From Paraspadella gotoi (Eukaryota; Animalia; Chaetognatha): a stretch of DNA of 64,000 nt. Of this stretch, positions 26,833 to 64,000 are shown in pieces. The DNA is taken from contig CM119270.1 in the NCBI GenBank assembly GCA_051294375.1, forward strand, positions 8,915,213 to 8,979,212. Direction: 5' to 3'. Made by a program: the position numbers and the translations under genes. The notes under the pieces are model-generated. The model saw only the letters and a list, made by a program, of their open reading frames with translations, ran no database searches and was not told the origin of the DNA. Positions within the stretch are counted from its first letter, which is position 1; each line of letters begins with the position of its first letter.

Positions 26833-29793
26833 CGATCTCTCTTTTACTCTGTCCGCAGCAGCAATTATCATCGCGTCCGCAGCGACCGCTCTCAGCCGCG
26901 GAGTTTCTGTCCCCCGCAGCAGCCTTAACCCCCAGACTCGCTCCGCCAGTACATCGGAAAATCAAAAATCAGTTACGTTTTTTCTTCTCGTAGCGGAAAA
27001 AAAAGAAGAAAAGTAGAAAAGGATGAATGAAAAGAAGATAAATTAATCTGGCTCGCGAAGGGGAAGAAACAAAAAAACGGAAAAAAAACTTTTTTTTTAT
27101 ATTCACATTAAAAAAAAGAATCGGGCAGATTGACGACGGCGTGGAAAGAAGCATGCTCAACATAAAAAAAAAACCTCAAATGAAACTAATTAAAAATACT
27201 AACGAAACAAAAAAGGAAAACGAGGTCGAAACCGCTCTAAAAACAATGACGAAATAAAAAACAAAACAAAATAACTAAAAAGAAAACAAAATTCTCGTAT
27301 ATTCGATACGATGATTAACGCCGCAAATATTCCCAGATATCGTATTGACTGAAACAAGAAAATATAAAAAGAAAAAGATAAAAAGATTACGAAAGAATGT
27401 AAAATTATATTTTCTTCTCCGTTTCTTTTTTTCTTCTCACTCCTGCTAAATTCTTTTTGAACCCGGATCGAAATTTGCCACAAAATCCGACTCACTTGTT
27501 CTCCGGTTTGCGGCAAATCAAGTCTCCTGCAACTATGACGGGGGAAGGGGCCTTCAAGCCGCACAGGTGGCGGGTGATAGGGTGCGGGGGAGGCAGTGTT
27601 GGGGAAAGAGAGAGAGAAAGATAGAGAGTGAGAGAGTAATTGGCGGCGTGCTCGGTCAATCACGGATGATTCACGACTCGGAATCTGCAAAATCTTTTTT
27701 TCCTTACTCTTACTAAAAACTGCTCACAATACTAGGTACCTAATTTAACAATTAGCGAGATATTTTTATAAAATGGCCAATGCTGTAAGATGATTATTTG
27801 AGGAAAACGAATGTACGAAAAAATTATCACTCTCAACCCTAGAAAGAACAACAACTACATTATCAACAATAACAGCTTTCGAGATCACCGCTACAGTCTT
27901 TCGCGAGATTAACTCTGCTTTCCGTATCTAAATTGATTTGCCTTCATCCGGTGTCTGCTTTCACCCTGTTTACTTTTTTCCTTAAACATCAGCATCCACC
28001 ATCGAGAAACGAGAACGCGATCCCTCGTGGCAGACAGAAGATTGCTGCTACTTAACCAATTCAAGGCCATTCTTTCTCAGACCGGTTGTGGTTCAACGTT
28101 CAATATCTAATTTTGGTTAACCAGAGAAAGAAAGAGTGAAATGAAACTTTTGATTATTGATTAGTGATTAATTGCGAGCGTTTAAATAAACAAATCTCCG
28201 AAAATTTACTTTCTTTACTTTTTGTTGTTTCCACTTCTCATCAACGGCTTCGCTGTGAGGAAGACTTAAATGAAAGAACTCGAGAATGTTAAGCGCATTA
28301 GTAGGCCAACCTATTTAGAGAGAAATAAAGAAAAAGACCGACAGAAAGAAATATCGAGAAAATAAAAAAAAGAAATATTGAGTCGAACCATATCGTTAAA
28401 AGGCAACTCTATTCGACTTGGCGTTTTTTAATCCGAGTCATGATATTTTGATTCGACTTAGAAATTCGATGTTTCTCGATGAGTAAACAAACGAATCATT
28501 GAAAGCAGACCGACCCCCACTCTCTCCCAAGTTTTTCTATTTTCGAAATTTTACTCAAGGCGACAAATTTTAAAAGGTTTGAATCGACTTTATACAGAGC
28601 ACGTCGACCCATGTTTTAATTCGCCTCCTTAATTTTCGATCCTCCGATGCTCTTTTATTTCAAACCATCCCGACATCGCTTTCCACTCTTCTCATCAAAA
28701 CAAAAGACTACCTTCTTTTTACAATTGATTCTAAAGTAAGAAAAAAAAATGGCGTCGGTTGCAAATTGCTTTTTGATTCGGCGCGCGAAAAACAAAAGTC
28801 GCTCGGTTGAAGGGCTTTTTATGGCGACGTTGCGAGTCAAGTTCGACGAGAGGTTTTGCTGCGTTATTTTTATTTCGAACGATTTAGTCGGAAGGTCATA
28901 ACTTTGAGACAAAGCATTACTGCGAGTTAACATGAAGTATTGTTGTCATTTTTTTAAAGAAATAAGAAATAGTAGGAAAGACCGAGAGAATGTTAACAAA
29001 TTAAATATTCTATCCTTTATCTTATTGAACATTTATTTGTTCTCAAAATTCTATCAATGTTCTTAATGTTTTAAATGGTTTTAATAATTTCAATTTTTGC
29101 ATCATCGTTTTGCAAAAACGGTATCGTTGTCACCGTTGCGAGCTTTTACGTGAGACGGAGAGAATTTCAACGAGGAAATCGGCGACAACAACGACGAGAC
29201 ACAGGACTTCAATGCCAACGTGGTGTCGGGATCAAATACGTGACGAACTTTTATCGACCCGTAGGGAGAAAGGGAGAAGAAAGAAAAGGGAGAAAAAGGA
29301 AGATAAAAAGAAAGAGGAAAATTAAAGAGAGAAAGAGAAAAAGAAAGAAAGAAAGAAAGAAAGAAAGATCAAATGAAAGACAGAAATAGGGAGTGAAATC
29401 TAGCTTTCATAATTCCTGCCTATCCAGTATCCACTTTGATCTACTCCAAAGTTTATCACAATCTGTAAAAAAAATAATTTTGTCTATTTGCTTTTTAAGC
29501 TCGCCAATGGTCATAGAATCGTACCAGGCCTAACTAATCATATCCTTAAACAAAAATAATTCTCTTTTCGCTCTTATTTTCGAACCATTTGCCTCTCTTC
29601 CCTTTCTTTACCTCATTTACCTCATTTCTTTTCTATTCCTGTTTTCGTCGTCATTGAGAATTTTTCTAATCGCCTGATATTCATCCCTGTCGAGACCGCC
29701 TGGTTTTTCAGGCGCACGTCTTCCATTTATCGTTATTCAGGCGGTCGAGACTGAGAATCTTTTGTGGAGGCGGAAGCGAACGCCAGCTGCCAT

Positions 29794-52525
<22,732 letters not shown>

Positions 52526-53889
52526 ACTATAGATTGATTGATTTTATGCCTGTTTGATTGTTCGTTTGAATTATTGAATGATTGAGTTATTAATTTGTCT
52601 CACGGATTGAATTAATTTTGTTATTTCGGTTTGATTTTGAATATTTCTTACAGTTACTCATTTTGCAATTATTTCTCCGATATGGGTTTATTCCATTGAC
52701 GTTTGGGTGGGCCTTTATATTTTTTATTCGCGTGGTTTGTATGTAGGGTCTGGATTCACCTTGTCAAAGCTTGCCAAGATGTATACAATTTATATCTCAA
52801 AAGGCGGGAATTTGCTTGTCGAACGCTTTGCCAAGCATCGCTTGTATCTCGTTAAACCTCCACACTCTCATTTTCCAAGTTTTTATTTGTTACTTACTCC
52901 GTTGATTGATGGCGTTCCTCAATTTTTTTTGTGTTGGATTAAATATATTTATTTTTTTTCTTAATTTCTTCACATATAAAAGGGTTTATAAACAATAATT
53001 AGGATAATAATTCAAACGGTAATATATTTTAATTTTATATCGAGATTCAGGTCAGAAAGTCGGTAAAGTTCGGTAAGTTGGGCACGAGGCAAAAAAGCAA
53101 TAAAGATGAAATATAAGTTTAATGATCGAGCGAACGAATTCTTAATCTGTGTCAGTTCGTTGGTGAGACTCGACCAACGTGTCAGACTTTTGGTAACGAA
53201 TCTCTCGGATTTTATGGGGAAGAAAATGAAGAAATCGGAGCTCGTCCTTGAGGCGGCGCCCGAGAGAGATTCCGTTCAAACTCCCACTACGGTGCGATAC
53301 GAGACTTCCTCTTTTTCAGCACGATGGAAACACGGAAGGAATTTGATCTAATCATTTTTGAATGTTTGAATAATAGCTATGATTAATTAATTTAGAAAAA
53401 GATCCGAATTCGCTAGTTGATGCGACGCGCCAGCGCAATTTCGCGTTCTTTCGGAATTAGATACGTGAGGGCGAGATGAACGGTTACCAGGTGGCTACGG
53501 TAATCGTTTGATCGTCCTCTTCGTTGTCGTCGTCGTGGTTGGCGTCGACGTTGTCGTCGTCGTTGTCAGGATTTTTCTGATTTTTCCTCCCTGATATTTA
53601 TTGAAATAATTTAAACTTAGCTTATACTCATACTCACCAAGTATGACCTGTTTAAAATTCGGTTCATTCGAAAGCTGAAATTTTAAGCGAATTTACAAAA
53701 TGGCTTCTGACTTTAACCACAGCCGAGTTTTCGATTGATGAACAATGTTGCTCTTTCAACATCATTTTAACTCCATCAGAAAACGATTAAAACGCCATCT
53801 GAACTGAGAGGGTTCGGGAACTCTCGTGGCGTCTTTAGAGGCGTCAATGGGCAGAAGCGATTCGTTGCGATTAAATCCTAACAATTCCA

Positions 53890-54114
53890 CAGGATGCCCT
53901 CTACAGGGACCCACAAAAACAAAAATAAACAATTGGCCAATGGGCAATTGGCGTTGATTCAGAGGACCTCAGCGATGGGGATGAAGATCAGTCTCATTTA
54001 AGCTAGAACCGTTATACCCAGGGATTGAACACGGGACGGGCGGATGAAAACGAGATGATTTAGCCTGCTCAGCCATTGAAATGAAGCTGAAGACGGCTGA
54101 AGATGGACAACAGT
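53890..54114 (-). mobile_element. tRNA-derived SINE, copy 2
   Basis: atacccagggattgaac...gagatgatttagcctgctcagccattga is shared with 37815-37878. Confidence 0.75.
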
Positions 54115-54823
54115 GTGGAAGCGTCAATATTTAAAATTGAGGAATTCCCCTGACAGTTTTCTACCGTTCGGTCAGTTGCTGCCAAAAAAAAAAGAAAGAA
54201 AACTCATGGTTGCGCCTTTCCTTCCCATTCTCTATCGCCTCTTCCTCCTCCTCCTCCTTCCCATACTCACCCTCCTCCTCATCCACATCTTCGTTGTGCG
54301 TCTTGCGAAAACTAGAAAACAAAAACGCTGTTTCGCTTTTCCAGTCAAAGACCGAAAAAAAATAACAAAAAAAAAAACAAATAAAATGAACAATTTTTTA
54401 AAAAAAGTCACACAAAAAGTCAAATATTAAGATGCCACCCATTTTTAAAAATTGGTTCATGTCTGAACATACCCGCTCATTTTCCAAGGGATAAAAACTG
54501 TTACTACCTCACTCACTCACTCATATTTTCGAGAGCAATTTTTTAATTCTTTCCATTTTTGCGCCAAATTTGCTCCCGTCATCTCTCAATAGATCTCCAG
54601 TGAGTTTGGGCTTCTGTGCTAATTATACCAGAGACAGAGAAGATAATGAAGAATTGAGGATTATGTATCGACTCTATGAGCTCCGCTTTTCCTTCTATCG
54701 TGTCCTCTCTCTCTCTCTCTATCTCTCTCTCTCTATCTCTCTCTCTCTCCTCGTCTCTCTCTCCTCTCATCTTCTGCTCCTCTCTTCTCTATCTCTCTCT
54801 CGCTTTCTATTCAATATTTCCTT

Positions 54824-54860
<37 letters not shown>

Positions 54861-54888
54861 ATCTCTCTCGCTTTCTATTCAATAATTT

Positions 54889-54927
<39 letters not shown>

Positions 54928-55898
54928 TCTCTCTCTCTCTCTCTCTCTCCTCTCTTCTCTCTCTCTCTCTCTTTCTCTCTCTCCGTCCCCTTGTCTATTA
55001 GAGCTGCATATTTTGAATAAAATAAACCTAATTATATTTTTATATACCATTATTTAATTTATCTCTTCATTTGGGATAATGAAGCTTCCACATATCTGGC
55101 CTGATCCAGTAGAATAAAAAAAATTATAACAATTGCAATATATGTAGTTTCTTCAATTTCGACGAAATGTTTCCTATTTAATAACATTATTTAAATAAAT
55201 TTTTATTAATAAAACCTGTTTAAGGATACAAGTTGTAACCCCGTAATCTGTTTAATTTCTGTTGAACTCAGTTAAATTTCAGCTACTCTTTTATTATGAT
55301 CCATCGGCGCCTTTGTTTTAGTAATATATTTTCTTAAAACATCATCGTCTGAGTATAAATCATCAAGGATTTCAGACTCGTATTTTATTGCTATTTTTAA
55401 GAAAAGATAAGAAAAGATAAAAAAAGTTAAGAAAAGATATGAAAAGATAAAAAAAGATAAGAAAAGATAAAAAAAAGATAAAAAGAGATAAGAAAAGATA
55501 AAAAAAGATAAGAAAAGATAAGGAAAAAAAAATTTAGTTGTTTTCATTAGTTTTTATCTTTAATTTTATCTTTTTTTTAATGTTCGCTCGCCATTTGATG
55601 GGCAACTCTATATTAGAATATGGGGTTGTCAATCCTTTTGGAACATTTTGCCATCCACTCAAATCAACCTCATAGTGAACATAGTAACAGTAAATGTTAG
55701 GATTCTTTAGACGTATGTAGAATTGAGTAACAATTGATAACAATTGAGTAACCGGCAAGTCACTCTTTTGCAGATCTTGGACCAATGACTCGTTCTGAGT
55801 TTTCATAATTGTTAAATAAAACTATTTTTGATTCTACTCGAAAACATGGAAAGTTAATTTTGTGTTATTTCAGATTTTTTTCCTACTGGCTCGCAGGG

Positions 55899-63375
<7,477 letters not shown>

Positions 63376-64000
63376 GTAAGGTCTCATTATCTTAATTACA
63401 ATGAATTAATGTAGGTTGAAATGATTATTCAATATTTTGGCCGAGAATACAGTTTCATTCTACACTGTACACTGGACAGTAGAGTGGAGCACTTGGGAAC
63501 ATAAATTTTATTCGAGTGAACAAACAAGGATTTTTAGATGTGAGATCGTATGATTAAGGAGTACAAAAAATATTTTGCTTGTATTGTTTGGGGAAAATTA
63601 TCATTAATTACAATATATTTATAGTAATATCCTTAGAAAATAATAAATTTTCAAAATAATTTTTTTTAAATTTTTATTAAAGATTCTGAATCTTCATAAA
63701 AAGTTAGATCAAAAATATAAAACATGTTAATAAAAATTTCAATGCCTTCAGTATCAAAAATTGAAAAAAATGTTAAAATATCCCCTTTTTTTACGCTCTG
63801 TACTGTAGTAGAAACTATTATATTATTACAGCTTTAACCTAAAAATATTATAAAACATATTTTACAAAAGTTTTTTAGGTTTTTCCGGCGAATCCAAAAC
63901 AGTTCTTAAAATTAAAAAAATATGATTTAGAAATTTTATGATTTTATTAGGATATTACTATAAAGAAAATTCAATTAATGATACTGTTATGCACAATTTA

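Overview
This is AT-rich, intron-containing animal (invertebrate) genomic DNA with many (GA)n/(CT)n microsatellites. All genes are spliced, so the six-frame ORF track shows only fragments; I rebuilt the exons by hand from splice sites and phase continuity. Genes in order: (1) 3' half of IMPDH (+). (2) A 10-exon cytoplasmic intermediate filament gene (-) with a long coil 1B and Gly/Ser/Met-rich head and tail. (3) A C2H2 zinc-finger gene (+). (4) A MACPF gene (+) with an N-terminal signal-anchor and four PAN/Apple-like modules; its 6.2-kb last intron holds (5) a complete same-strand SLC45-family transporter gene. (6) An 18-exon, ~2144-aa DYRK/HIPK-related kinase (+) with a very long disordered region and a C-terminal tail anchor. 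(7) The 5' part of a TP53I11 homologue (+). Mobile elements include a complete TRIM with a tRNA-Trp-like PBS and 4-bp TSD, solo LTRs, tRNA-derived SINEs, MITE/foldback elements and Helentron-like non-autonomous elements. The first ~10 kb carries many 1-bp indels, which may be consensus errors. No database searches were run; family calls rest on recognised motifs.
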